Part shown: piece by piece, positions 31,733-41,626 of the stretch
Position numbering within the stretch: position 1 is the stretch's first letter
Layout of the letters: each line of letters begins with the position of its first letter
NCBI GenBank assembly: GCA_963668645.2
Contig: CAXXWC010000021.1
Span: 1,120,001 to 1,184,000 of the forward strand
Reading direction: 5' to 3'
Origin: Desulfobacterales bacterium
GTDB lineage: Bacteria > Desulfobacterota > Desulfobacteria > Desulfobacterales > UBA2174
Length of the DNA stretch: 64,000 nucleotides
Program-made: the position numbers and the translations under genes
Notes under the pieces: generated by a model
Told to the model about the DNA's origin: nothing
Database searches by the model: none
The model's input: the letters and a program-made list of their open reading frames with translations, nothing else

Positions 31733-33169
31733 TCAGCTGCCCTGGTTGGACGCACCGCCGGCGGCGGGCTTTTCGTCCAGCCCGTACAGGCGGCACTTGT
31801 CGTAGAGCGTGGTGCGCGAGATGTTGAGCAGCCGGGCAGCCTTGGCCTTGTTGCCATGGGTGAAGGTAAGGAATTTTTCCAGCAGTCCCTTTTCGAAACG
31901 CGCCACCTCCTTGGCCAGGTCGGTGTGGTAGGGCGAAAAGGCAACCTTGCGTTCCGGCTTGAAGGTACGCAGCTCGAAAGGCAGCACGTCCACGGTGATT
32001 TCGCTGCCGTCCATGATGGAAAAGGCCCGCTCCAGCACGCCCTTGAGTTCACGGATGTTGCCAGGCCAGGGGTATTCCTGCATCCGCTCCATGGCCTCCG
32101 GGGCGATGCGCACCTGGGGCTTCTGGGCGGCGAGGATGTGCCGTGCGATGATCGGGATATCTTCGCGCCGCTGGCACAGCGGCGGGATGCGCAGGGTCAT
32201 GGTATTGAGCCGAAAGTAGAGGTCGTCGCGGAACTCACGGCGCTGGATCATACTGCCCAGGTCCCGGTTGGTGGCGCTGATGATGCGAAAATCGACGAAT
32301 ACCGAATGCTTGCCGCCGAGTTTTTCCAGCCGTTTGTTCTCGAGCACGCGCAGCAGCTTGGCCTGGGCGCTGAGGGACAGCTCGCCGATCTCATCGAGAA
32401 AAAGGGTGCCGTTGTGGGCCTGTTCGATCTTGCCCGGCTTTCCCCGGGCACGGGCCCCGGTGAAAGCGCCGGTCTCGTACCCGAACAGCTCCGACTCGAG
32501 CAGTTCGCGAGGGATGGCGGCGCAGTTGACGCACAGAAAGGGGCCTTCATGCCGGGCGCTGGCCAGGTGGATGGCGTGGGCGAACATTTCCTTGCCGGCT
32601 CCGGTGGGCGCCAGGAGCAGAACCGGCTTTTCGCTGGCGGCATACTTGCGCGCCAGGCGCTTTTTTTCCTGGATGATGCGGCTCTGGCCCAGGATGGCGT
32701 CGAAACTGTAAGCCGCGGCAGCCAACGAAGCGCTGCGCCGTTCATGCCCCCCGCCCTTGCGGCATTCGGCCAGTTCTTCGAGGATCGCGCCGACGTTGCG
32801 GGCCTCGCCCAGGCTGGCGAGCACTACCGCGCCACCGCCACCGTTGCTCGCATCACCGAACGGAATACGATGGACCCGCAAGTGGAGCCGCTGGTCGTTT
32901 CTGGCCCAGTGCGGCCGGTAAATGAAGTCCGGACTCTCGCTGGCCTGGCCGCTGGCCAGCACCTCGGCGATGCCCGGATCGTCGAACAGTTCCTCGATGG
33001 GCCGGCCCACGTTCCGGCTGCTGGGCGCGGCCAGAAGGTTGAGGAAAAACGGATTGACGTAGAGCAGGCGCCCCTGGCGATTGCAGATCAGCACACCGAC
33101 GTCCAGAACGTCGAAGACGGCGGTGGAGATTCCTGTCAGGGCAGATTGTGCGGTGGTGTCCAATGACAT
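31733..33169 (-). CDS. PAS-domain sigma-54-dependent transcriptional activator
   Basis: N-terminal PAS; Walker [38 protein letters not shown]; Fis-type HTH. Divergent from the operon at 33682. Confidence 0.93.
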   Translation of the reverse strand: MSLDTTAQSALTGISTAVFDVLDVGVLICNRQGRLLYVNPFFLNLLAAPSSRNVGRPIEELFDDPGIAEVLASGQASESPDFIYRPHWARNDQRLHLRVHRIPFGDASNGGGGAVVLASLGEARNVGAILEELAECRKGGGHERRSASLAAAAYSFDAILGQSRIIQEKKRLARKYAASEKPVLLLAPTGAGKEMFAHAIHLASARHEGPFLCVNCAAIPRELLESELFGYETGAFTGARARGKPGKIEQAHNGTLFLDEIGELSLSAQAKLLRVLENKRLEKLGGKHSVFVDFRIISATNRDLGSMIQRREFRDDLYFRLNTMTLRIPPLCQRREDIPIIARHILAAQKPQVRIAPEAMERMQEYPWPGNIRELKGVLERAFSIMDGSEITVDVLPFELRTFKPERKVAFSPYHTDLAKEVARFEKGLLEKFLTFTHGNKAKAARLLNISRTTLYDKCRLYGLDEKPAAGGASNQGS

Positions 33170-33424
33170 AAGGCGTCCTTGCAACCCTTGGCTTACGGCG
33201 AGCGGACCCGGCACGGCCTTTTGCACTACACTACGTCCCCGTCAAAAACAAGGCCGGCCGCTTCGATCGATCCTCCGGGGTCTGGTGTCCATTGCCCCGA
33301 CGTTTTTTACAGGGGCTATATCCAATCGTTTTAACAGCATTTTTCACCCCACGCCGTTTATCCCACCGGCGACCGAATCTTCCCCATATCATTTTCACCT
33401 TGTTTTTTCAGATAGTTGCAAAAT

Positions 33425-33443
33425 ATGTCCAGAATTCCGACAT
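33425..33443. promoter_or_regulatory. Putative enhancer-binding-protein site (ATGTC-N9-GACAT)
   Basis: Inverted repeat about 140 bp upstream of the sigma-54 promoter, immediately followed by a similar TGTCC...CCGAC unit. Confidence 0.55.
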
Positions 33444-33582
33444 GTCCACCAAACCGACGTTCACTCCACCGTGGACGGCAATCCAAAGCCGCAACCGGCA
33501 CGAGCCGGAAGCATTAATATTTATTTTAATATCATACAATTACACGTTTATTCCCCTCCCATTTTCCCCCGACGGGCCCTCT

Positions 33583-33598
33583 TGGCAAGCCACTTGCT
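33583..33598 (+). promoter_or_regulatory. Sigma-54 (-24/-12) promoter
   Basis: TGGCAAGCCACTTGCT has exact GG-N10-GC spacing, with an AT-rich tract upstream and an adjacent divergent activator. Confidence 0.85.
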
Positions 33599-33681
33599 GA
33601 AGTTCTAATCAGCGCGCGCCGGTTTGCGGCCCTTACGGCCGCTGGCAGGTCAACCAACTGAACCTCAGGGAGACGAACATC

Positions 33682-35079
33682 ATGTCGGTAAAAGAACTGA
33701 TCGAACGCGCCCGCCGGGCCCAGCAGCAGGTAGCCGGCTACGACCAGCAACAGATCAACGAGGTCTGCCTGGCCGTGGGGTGGCAACTTTACAAGGACGA
33801 CAACATCCAACGCCTGGCCGAACTGGCCGTGAACGAGACCGGCTTCGGCAACGTGCCGAGCAAAGTTGTCAAGCACAAACGCAAGGTTGGCGGCCCGCTG
33901 CAGGACATTATGGACCCGCAGGCCGTATCGGTGGGACTGATCTCGCGCGACCCGGCCACCGGGATCTCCAAGTATGCCAAGCCGGTGGGGGTGGTCTGCG
34001 CCATTTTGCCGGCCACCAATCCCACCGCCACGGTCGGCACCAACGGCATCGCCGTGCTCAAGGGGCGCAACGCGGTGATCTTCCGGCCCAGCAGCCGTGC
34101 CCGGCGCTCCAGCACCCTGGCCGTGGAGATGATGCGCGCCGGGCTGCGCCAGATAGGCGAGCCCGAAGACCTGGTTCAGATCGCCGAAGACCTCGACATC
34201 CCCACCACCAACACCCTGATGGGACTCTGTGACATGGTGGTGGCCACCGGCGGCGGCCCCATGGTACGCGCAGCTTATTCCTCGGGGACCCCGGCCTACG
34301 GGGTCGGCACGGGCAACGCGGTGTGCATCGTGGCCGAAGACGCCGACGTCGATGAGGCCGTGGGCATGATCACCTCCTCGAACACCTTCGACTACGCCAC
34401 CTCCTGCTCGTCGGAAAACTCGGCCATCGTCCATACCTCGATCTACGACCAAGTCCTGGAGGCCTTCGTGGCCCACAAGGGCTACATCGTCGAGGGCAAG
34501 GAGCGTGACCGGCTCGAAGACTACATGTGGCGCGTCAACAAGAAGGGCAAGCTGGCCCTCAACCCGGCCGTGGTGGCCCAGTCGGCCACCACCATCGCCG
34601 GCGCCGCCGGGCTCAGCGTGCCGCCGGGCACCGAACAGATCATCGTCATCGGCCGCGAACCGGCCGCCTCGGACCAGTTCTGCCAGGAAAAAATCTCGCC
34701 GGTGCTCACCGTCTACCGTTACGAGACCTTCGACGAGGCCCTGGAAAAAATCGTGGGCATCACCAACGCCTGTGGCCGGGGTCACTCCATGGGGATCCAC
34801 ACCTACAAGCGCGAGTACATCGAACGCATGGGAGAAACAATGCTCACCAGCCGCATCACGGTACGCGCCCCCATGGCGGCGGCCAACGGTGGGCATGCCA
34901 CCAACGGGATGCCGTCCACCGCAACCCTGGGCTGCGGCACCTGGGGCGGCACCAGCACCACCGAGAACATCCACTGGCGCCACTTTATCAACGTGACCTG
35001 GGTCAACGAGCCGATCGCCGAAAAACGGTTTGACGAAGAGAAAATCTTCGGCAGCCTCTGGGCCCGACTGGGCAACTAA
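33682..35079 (+). CDS. CoA-acylating aldehyde dehydrogenase (sulfoacetaldehyde dehydrogenase SauS-like)
   Basis: ETGFGN, PVGVVCAILPATNP, ATGGGPMVRAAYSSGTPAYGVGTGN, FDYATSCSSEN, EKISPVL, TLGCGTWGG...ENIHWRHFINVTW. Standalone acylating ALDH with no ADH domain. Confidence 0.85.
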   Translation: MSVKELIERARRAQQQVAGYDQQQINEVCLAVGWQLYKDDNIQRLAELAVNETGFGNVPSKVVKHKRKVGGPLQDIMDPQAVSVGLISRDPATGISKYAKPVGVVCAILPATNPTATVGTNGIAVLKGRNAVIFRPSSRARRSSTLAVEMMRAGLRQIGEPEDLVQIAEDLDIPTTNTLMGLCDMVVATGGGPMVRAAYSSGTPAYGVGTGNAVCIVAEDADVDEAVGMITSSNTFDYATSCSSENSAIVHTSIYDQVLEAFVAHKGYIVEGKERDRLEDYMWRVNKKGKLALNPAVVAQSATTIAGAAGLSVPPGTEQIIVIGREPAASDQFCQEKISPVLTVYRYETFDEALEKIVGITNACGRGHSMGIHTYKREYIERMGETMLTSRITVRAPMAAANGGHATNGMPSTATLGCGTWGGTSTTENIHWRHFINVTWVNEPIAEKRFDEEKIFGSLWARLGN

Positions 35080-35151
35080 CTGTCTGTGGACGCGCGGCGC
35101 CGCGGGTCCATCCGCCTATGCCCGCCGGTGTCGCCAGAAGGGATGACAACG

Positions 35152-36276
35152 ATGAAACTGTTCGAATACCAGGCCAAGGAGGCCTTTCGTGCCGCAGGCA
35201 TCGAAATCCCCAGGGCCACCCTGATCTACCACGAATCGGAAATCGACGACGCCCTGGCCCAGGTGGGCCTTCCCTGCATGCTCAAGGCCCAGGTACTGCG
35301 CGGCGGCCGGGGCAAGGCCGGTCTCATCCGCCGGGCGACCACTCGCGACGAGGCTGTGGCCCAGGCCCAGGCCCTCTTCCAATCTGACCCGCCGGTGCGC
35401 AAGATCCTGGTGGAAAAAGCCGTGTCCATCGACCACGAAATCTACCTTTCGGTCACCGTCGATCCGGATGCGGCCCAGGCCCTGATCATCGCCTGCGCCC
35501 AAGGCGGGGTGGAGATCGAGCAGCTGGCCGTCGAGCGGCCCGAGGCTCTCGTGATGGAGCGGGTCGACATCGATCGCGGACTGTCCGACTTTCAGGTGCG
35601 CAACATCCTGTTCCAGATGGGGATCAACGGAACAGCCTTCAAACCGGTCGCCGCAGCGATCCACAACCTCTACACCGCCTTCCGCCGCCACGACGCCGAA
35701 CTGGCCGAGATCAATCCGCTTTTTGTCACCACCGCAGGCAAGGTGATCGCCGGCGACGGCAAGCTGGTGATCGACGACAACTCCATGGCGCGCCAGCCCA
35801 AGTACGAGCTGACCCGCGAGTACTTCAACTCCGACGCCGAGTACGAGGCGGCCTTGGAGGGGATCCCCTACATCCAGTTCGATGGCGATATCAGCCTGAT
35901 GTGCGCCGGCGCCGGGCTGACCACCACGGTCTACGATCTGATCCATTACTCGGGCGGCACGGTGGCCAACTATCTCGAATTCGGCGGGGCCCACTACAAG
36001 AAGGCCCGGCGCGCCATGGAACTGTGCCTCAAAAACGAGTGCAAGGTGATCCTGGTGGTCACCTTCGGCACCATCGCCCGGGCCGACGTCATGGCCGAAG
36101 GTTTGGTGGATGCCATCGAGCATCTCAAGCCGCCGGTGCCCGTAATCACGTGCATCCGGGGCACCAACGAGGAACAGGCCGTCGAGATTCTCAAAGACGC
36201 CGGCCTGACCCCCTTATTCGACACCGAGGAGGCGGTCCGCCAGGCCGTCGCCATCGCCGCAGGGAGGGCGCAATGA
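35152..36276 (+). CDS. ADP-forming acyl-CoA ligase beta subunit (SucC-like; possible SauC)
   Basis: MKLFEYQAKE, KAQVLRGGRGKAG, GGVEIE, EINPL, GAGLTT, NYLEFGG, IRGTN. Confidence 0.9.
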   Translation: MKLFEYQAKEAFRAAGIEIPRATLIYHESEIDDALAQVGLPCMLKAQVLRGGRGKAGLIRRATTRDEAVAQAQALFQSDPPVRKILVEKAVSIDHEIYLSVTVDPDAAQALIIACAQGGVEIEQLAVERPEALVMERVDIDRGLSDFQVRNILFQMGINGTAFKPVAAAIHNLYTAFRRHDAELAEINPLFVTTAGKVIAGDGKLVIDDNSMARQPKYELTREYFNSDAEYEAALEGIPYIQFDGDISLMCAGAGLTTTVYDLIHYSGGTVANYLEFGGAHYKKARRAMELCLKNECKVILVVTFGTIARADVMAEGLVDAIEHLKPPVPVITCIRGTNEEQAVEILKDAGLTPLFDTEEAVRQAVAIAAGRAQ

Positions 36277-37157
36277 CCATTTTCATCGACCGCGACACCA
36301 CCGTCTGGGTTCAGGGCGCCACCGGCAAAGAAGGCAGCTACTGGACCGGGCACATGAAGGCCCTGGGTACCGACATCCGCTTCGGCGTCACCCCGGGAAA
36401 AGGGGGCCAGCACGTCGAGGGGATTCCGATCTACGACTCGGTGCGTCTGGGCATCGCCGAACACCCGGCCGAGGCGGCCATGCTCTTCGTTCCACCGCGC
36501 TTTACCAAGGACGCCGTCTTCGAGGCCCTGGACGGCGGGGCGCGCAAGATCGTCACCGTGGCCGACGGCATCCCGCTGCACGAGGCGCTCCAGATCCGTG
36601 CGGCAGCCAAGAGCTGCAACGCCATGGTGGTGGGCGGCAACACCTCGGGGGTCATCTCACCGGGCCAGGCCATGATGGGCATATTTCCCTACTGGATCGA
36701 GCGGGTCTACAAGCCGGGCAGCATCGGGGTGATGACCCGCTCGGGATCGCTGACCAACGAGGTCACCGCCGAGGTGGTCAAGGCCGGCTACGGGGTGAGC
36801 ACCCTGGTGGGCGTGGGTGGCGACGGGGTACCGGGCACCCGCTTTGCCGAGATGCTGCCCCTCTATGAACGGGACCCGGACACCGAGGCGGTGGTGATCA
36901 TCGGCGAATTGGGCGGCACCATGGAAGAAGAGGTTGCCGAGGCCATCGCCGACGGCCGTTTCACCAAAGCGCTGGTGGCCTTCATCGGCGGCCGCACGGC
37001 CCCCGAAGGCCAGCGCATGGGCCATGCCGGGGCCATCGCCACCGGCGGCAAGGGATCTGTAGCCGCCAAAGTCGAAGCCTTGACCCGCGTCGGTGCACTG
37101 GTGGCCGACCGGCCCAGCCAGGTCGGACCACTGCTGGCCGAGGCCCTGGCGGTTTGA
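36273..37157 (+). CDS. ADP-forming acyl-CoA ligase alpha subunit (SucD-like; possible SauD)
   Basis: VQGATGKEG, GVTPGKGG, FVPP, RSGSLT, GELGG, phospho-His loop MGHAGA. ATGA overlap with the beta subunit. Confidence 0.9.
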   Translation: MTIFIDRDTTVWVQGATGKEGSYWTGHMKALGTDIRFGVTPGKGGQHVEGIPIYDSVRLGIAEHPAEAAMLFVPPRFTKDAVFEALDGGARKIVTVADGIPLHEALQIRAAAKSCNAMVVGGNTSGVISPGQAMMGIFPYWIERVYKPGSIGVMTRSGSLTNEVTAEVVKAGYGVSTLVGVGGDGVPGTRFAEMLPLYERDPDTEAVVIIGELGGTMEEEVAEAIADGRFTKALVAFIGGRTAPEGQRMGHAGAIATGGKGSVAAKVEALTRVGALVADRPSQVGPLLAEALAV

Positions 37158-37245
37158 CCGCCTGCGGCTCAACGACGCCCCGGGCCGCTGACCGGCATTC
37201 CGGGGCGAGCGCCGCAAAACCGGCAATTCGAGGACGGTGACATCC

Positions 37246-38799
37246 ATGGGCGAATTTCTGCAATACTTTCCGCTTGTCTTTACATCCGGCAAATTGACCG
37301 TACTGGTCCTCGGCACCATCGGCGGGCTGATCCTGGGCGCCACCCCAGGTCTGAGCCCGACGATGGCCGTGGCCCTGCTGGTCCCTTTCACCTTTCACAT
37401 GGAACCGAGCACCGGGCTGGTGCTCCTCGGTTCGGTCTTCACCGCCACGGTGGCCGGCGGGGCCATCGCCGCGATCCTGATCAACATCCCCGGGGCCCCG
37501 GCCAACATCGCCACGACCCTCGACGGCCATCCCATGGCCAAGAAGGGCCGGGCCCAGGAGGCTTTGTACATCTGCTTTACCAGCTCCTTCGTCGGCGGCC
37601 TGTTCGGGATGTTCGTCATGATCCTGTTCACCCCGCCGATGGCAGACCTGGCGATGAAGTTCGGCCCTTCGGAGATGTTCTGGAGCGCCATGTTCGGCAT
37701 CACGGTGATGGCGGGCCTTTCTTCGGGGTCGCTGGCCAAGGGGCTCTTCGGCGGGATGTTCGGGCTGCTGATCAGCACCATCGGCGACGATCCGATGTAC
37801 GGCGAGACGCGTTTCATGATCCACGACGCGCTGACCGGCGGGATCGCGGTGGTGCCGGCCCTCATCGGCCTGTTCGCCATCCCTCAGATCTTCACCCTGG
37901 TCGAAACGTTGCGCCTCAAGATCGAACGGGCCAGCTACGTGCCCCAGCCGGGCATGCTCGGCCAGGTGATCCGCGGCCAGCTGCGCCGCGTGCAGCAGAT
38001 GCTGCTCGGCTCGGTAGTCGGCTCCATCGTAGGGGTCATCCCAGGGGCCGGCGGCCAAATCGCCGGGCTGATCGCCTATGACCAGAACAAGAAGTTCTGC
38101 CGCCACCCGGAAACCCTGGGCACTGGTGATCCGCGCGGGGTGACGGTGGTCGAGTCGGCCAACAACGCCATGGTGGGCCCCTCGCTGATCCCGCTGCTGA
38201 CCATGGGGATCCCGGGCTGTCCCACCTCGGCCGTGCTTTTGGGCGGGCTGCTGATCCACGGCCTTTTTCCCGGTCCAGACCTGTTCACCAAGAGCGCAGA
38301 CATCACCTATACCTTCTTCGGCGCCATGCTCCTAGCCCAGCTGGCCATGGGGATCTTCGGCCTGATCCTGTCGCGCTACTCGTACATGGTGATGCGCATC
38401 TCCAACCTGCTGATGCTCGGGGCGGTCACCGTCCTGGCGGTCTACGGCACCTATTCGGTACAAAACAGCTTCGACGATGTGCTGATCATGTTCGTCCTGG
38501 GGCTGGTCATGTACGTGGGCAGCCACTTCGGCTTTTCGCCGGCCCCGGTGGTCCTCGGCCTGATCCTTGGGCCGATCGTGGAGGTCAACTTCCTCAAGGG
38601 CTCGATGATCGCTGCTACGGACGTCGGCATGTGGCGCTACTTTTTCACCGGCACGGTCAACCTGATCATCATCGGACTGTGCCTCGTGTCGCTCGGCTGG
38701 AGCATCTGGGGCGAGGTCAAGGCCTACCGCAAGCTCAACCGCCCGGCCACCCCGGCCGCACCGCCGATGGCCAAGGAGGATCCATGCTTCGAGAACTAG
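37246..38799 (+). CDS. tctA: Tripartite tricarboxylate transporter permease TctA
   Basis: GATPGL, NIPGAPANIATTLDGHPMAKKG, GVIPGAGG, ESANNA, PLLTMGIPG. Confidence 0.93.
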   Translation: MGEFLQYFPLVFTSGKLTVLVLGTIGGLILGATPGLSPTMAVALLVPFTFHMEPSTGLVLLGSVFTATVAGGAIAAILINIPGAPANIATTLDGHPMAKKGRAQEALYICFTSSFVGGLFGMFVMILFTPPMADLAMKFGPSEMFWSAMFGITVMAGLSSGSLAKGLFGGMFGLLISTIGDDPMYGETRFMIHDALTGGIAVVPALIGLFAIPQIFTLVETLRLKIERASYVPQPGMLGQVIRGQLRRVQQMLLGSVVGSIVGVIPGAGGQIAGLIAYDQNKKFCRHPETLGTGDPRGVTVVESANNAMVGPSLIPLLTMGIPGCPTSAVLLGGLLIHGLFPGPDLFTKSADITYTFFGAMLLAQLAMGIFGLILSRYSYMVMRISNLLMLGAVTVLAVYGTYSVQNSFDDVLIMFVLGLVMYVGSHFGFSPAPVVLGLILGPIVEVNFLKGSMIAATDVGMWRYFFTGTVNLIIIGLCLVSLGWSIWGEVKAYRKLNRPATPAAPPMAKEDPCFEN

Positions 38800-39227
38800 C
38801 CATCGTGGCCTTCATGTTCGTTCTTTCCATCGCCGCCTGGAGCCTGACGACCGGTGTCGACATGCCCGAAGCGTACCAGTTTCCCCGCACCGTGATCGCG
38901 GTGATGTTCATCATGGCCGCCATCCAGATGATCCAGACCCTGGTGGTGCGGGGCCGCGGCAAGACCCACGGCGATCGCTTTCCGTTCGCCGACGTGGCCA
39001 AGGCCCTGGTCTGCATGCTCGTCTATTTTGCCATCATGGAGCGTGTCGGCTTTTACACGGCCGGGTTTCTCTTCTTCGTGATCGCCACGAGCATCCTGCA
39101 GGCCGAGCCGGTCTCGGTCCGCACCCTGGCCAGGCGCAGTGGCATCGCCGGAGCCTTTATGGCGGCCCTGTTCGTGCTGTTCAACATGATCCTGGCCGTC
39201 CAGACCCCCTCGGGGATACTGATTTAA
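38784..39227 (+). CDS. tctB: TTT small membrane subunit TctB
   Basis: 4-5 TM helices, FPR motif, GFY, C-terminal PSGIL. RBS AGGAGG. Lies between tctA and tctC. Confidence 0.85.
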   Translation: MLRELAIVAFMFVLSIAAWSLTTGVDMPEAYQFPRTVIAVMFIMAAIQMIQTLVVRGRGKTHGDRFPFADVAKALVCMLVYFAIMERVGFYTAGFLFFVIATSILQAEPVSVRTLARRSGIAGAFMAALFVLFNMILAVQTPSGILI

Positions 39228-39304
39228 GACCGGCGCAGGCCCTTACCAGCGGCCGCCGCCATCGCCAAACCCAACCGGAACACAATGAGATCGGAGGAAA
39301 GCCC

Positions 39305-40273
39305 ATGCACACCTTCACACGCGCAGCCAAGACCCTGGCCCTGATCCTGTCCCTGTTACTGCTTCTGCCGGCAGCCGGCGCCCTGGCCGCCTATCCGGAC
39401 GCCCCCATCAGCATGGTGGTGACCTACTCGCCCGGCGGGGCCACCGACTTTCAGGCACGCATCGTCACCATGCTCTCGTCCAACGAGGAGTTTTTCGGCC
39501 AGCCCATCGTGATCATCAACAAGCCGGGCGCCGGAGGCAAGGTCGGCTGGAACTGGTTCGTGGAAAAGGCCGGCACCGACGGGATGACCATGGTCACCTA
39601 CAACGTACCGCATTTTATCGCCCAGTCGATCAAGTACGATACCAAGTACGACTACCAGGCCTTTGAGCCGCTGGCCAACTGGGGTTCGGATCCGGCCGTG
39701 CTCATCGTGCCCAAGGACAGCCCCTTTGCCACGGCCAAGGACCTGATTGACTACGCCAAGCAAAACCCCGGCAAGGTGACAGTCAACGGCGCCGGCCTCT
39801 ACGTGGGCCATCACATTGCCGCCTTGCAGCTGATGAAGGCCGCCGGGATCAAACTGACCTACATTCCGGAAAAGGGCGGGGCCCCGGCCATGCAGTCGGT
39901 GATCGCAGGCAAGGTCAAGTCCGGGTTCAACAACCTGTCAGACGCCTTCCGCAACCAGGAACGGGTCAAGATCCTCGGCATCGCCGACATCGAGCGCCAT
40001 GCGTTTCTGCCCGAGGTGGCCACCTTCAAGGAGATGGGTTATCCCCAGGTAGACAACACCAGCGTCAATTACCGCGGCATCGCACTGCCCAAGGGGACGC
40101 CGCCACAGATCATTGAGCAGGCCGCAGCCAAAATGCTGAGCATGTTCAAGGCCCCCAAGGTGGCCTCGATGATGAAAAACGGCGGCTGCCCGATGAAGAT
40201 TATGGACCGTGCCGAAACGATCAAGATGTTCGCCGAACGACAAAAGACCCTCAACGAACTGTTCGGCAAGTAA
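39305..40273 (+). CDS. tctC: TTT substrate-binding protein TctC/Bug (copy 1)
   Basis: Signal peptide, YPDAPISMVV, PGGATD, NKPGAGG, DSPF, TFKEMG. Confidence 0.92.
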   Translation: MHTFTRAAKTLALILSLLLLLPAAGALAAYPDAPISMVVTYSPGGATDFQARIVTMLSSNEEFFGQPIVIINKPGAGGKVGWNWFVEKAGTDGMTMVTYNVPHFIAQSIKYDTKYDYQAFEPLANWGSDPAVLIVPKDSPFATAKDLIDYAKQNPGKVTVNGAGLYVGHHIAALQLMKAAGIKLTYIPEKGGAPAMQSVIAGKVKSGFNNLSDAFRNQERVKILGIADIERHAFLPEVATFKEMGYPQVDNTSVNYRGIALPKGTPPQIIEQAAAKMLSMFKAPKVASMMKNGGCPMKIMDRAETIKMFAERQKTLNELFGK

Positions 40274-40389
40274 CCGCGACAAGAACGCCACCGAACGCCC
40301 GCATCGACCGAGCACGCGACCGATGCGGGCCAACGCAAAACCGGAGGGCCGGCGCCCGTATCGGACCGCCGGCTCCCAGAAGGAGTCAC

Positions 40390-41361
40390 ATGAAGAGGTT
40401 GCGTGTTGCGATAACGGTTTCGGCTCTGGCACTCGCCACGCTGCTCGGCACGGCGGCGCGGGCCGAATACCCCGATCGGCCGCTCACCATGGTGGTGGCC
40501 TACGAACTGGGAGCTCTGACGGACATGCAGTCGCGCATCATGATGTCCGTCGCCTGGGAGGAGGAATACCTCGGCCAGCGGGTGTCGATCGTCAACAAGC
40601 GCAGCCGGCTGCGGGGGCGCACCGGCTGGGCCTGGTGCAAAGAAGGAGACTGCTCTGACGGCTACACCATGATGGGCTACAAGCTTCCCCACTGCCTGGC
40701 GCGGGCCATCGTTTACGACACCGGCTACGGGGCCGATGCCTTTGCGCCCATCGCCAACTGGAGCCGTGAACCGGCTGCCCTCATCGTGCCGGCCGACAGC
40801 CCCTTTGCCGACCTCCAAAACCTTGTGGCGTGGGCCGGCGCCAACCCGGAAAAGCTGACCTTGTCGGGAGCCGGACGCTATGTAGGCCATCACGTCGCCA
40901 CGATCCAGCTCCAACGCGCCGCAGATCTCAAGATCACCTACATCCCCGAGGGCAGCGGTATGGCGGCCCTCCAGTCCGTGATCACCCACACGGTCAAGGC
41001 CGGGTTCAACGACCTTTCCGCAGCCCTGCGTAATGCCGGCCGCGTGCGCATTCTGGCCATCGCTGACACGGCCCGCAGCGCCCTGGCACCGGATGTGCCC
41101 ACCTTCGCCGAGGCCGGCCTGGACGTCGACGACCTGAGCGTCTGCTTCCGCGGTGTGGCCTTCCCGCGCCAGGTGGATCCGGCGGCCCGCAACCGCATGA
41201 GCCGGGTCTTCATGCACATGTTCCAGGACCCCCGCCTCACCGAGGCCCTGCAGACCTTGCAAAGCCCTGTGGCAACCATGGACGGAGAGGCGCTCGACCG
41301 GCTCTTTGCCGACAGCCAAAGGCGGCTCGAGATCCTGCTCAAGGATGAACGGCGTCGCTGA
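40390..41361 (+). CDS. TTT substrate-binding protein TctC/Bug (divergent copy 2)
   Basis: Signal peptide; colinear with copy 1 (YPDRPLTMVV, ANW, DSPF, GAGxYVGHH, TYIPE, GFN). RBS AAGGAG. Confidence 0.88.
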   Translation: MKRLRVAITVSALALATLLGTAARAEYPDRPLTMVVAYELGALTDMQSRIMMSVAWEEEYLGQRVSIVNKRSRLRGRTGWAWCKEGDCSDGYTMMGYKLPHCLARAIVYDTGYGADAFAPIANWSREPAALIVPADSPFADLQNLVAWAGANPEKLTLSGAGRYVGHHVATIQLQRAADLKITYIPEGSGMAALQSVITHTVKAGFNDLSAALRNAGRVRILAIADTARSALAPDVPTFAEAGLDVDDLSVCFRGVAFPRQVDPAARNRMSRVFMHMFQDPRLTEALQTLQSPVATMDGEALDRLFADSQRRLEILLKDERRR

Positions 41362-41374
41362 CTCTCAGTGGGGA

Positions 41375-41423
41375 TGCCGGCGGTGACGCACCGCAGTGCG
41401 GCGCTGTGCCGCCGGCCCCTTTT
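41375..41423 (+). terminator. Possible intrinsic terminator after the TTT operon
   Basis: GCCGGCGG...CCGCCGGC stem followed by CCCTTTT. Confidence 0.4.
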
Positions 41424-41626
41424 CGGGCCACACCCCTATTCCTGCAGGCGCGTTGCGGCGCGAGGCGGCTAAATTTGCCTTCCACCGGTTTTATAAAAAC
41501 AGCCCGGTCCTGGACTCCCCGGGAACCGCCGCACCTGTGCGGGGCCCCTTTTCTTATCCCCCCGAATCGCCTATACTGATCCGAACAAATCGGAAAAAAG
41601 TCTTTAACCCGGCGTGAGGCCCTGCC

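Noticed and set aside
35152..37157. TCA-cycle succinyl-CoA synthetase (sucCD) call
   Set aside because: Divergent substrate-site motifs (GGNTSG, TFGTIAR) and an operon context with an acylating ALDH and importer rather than TCA genes.
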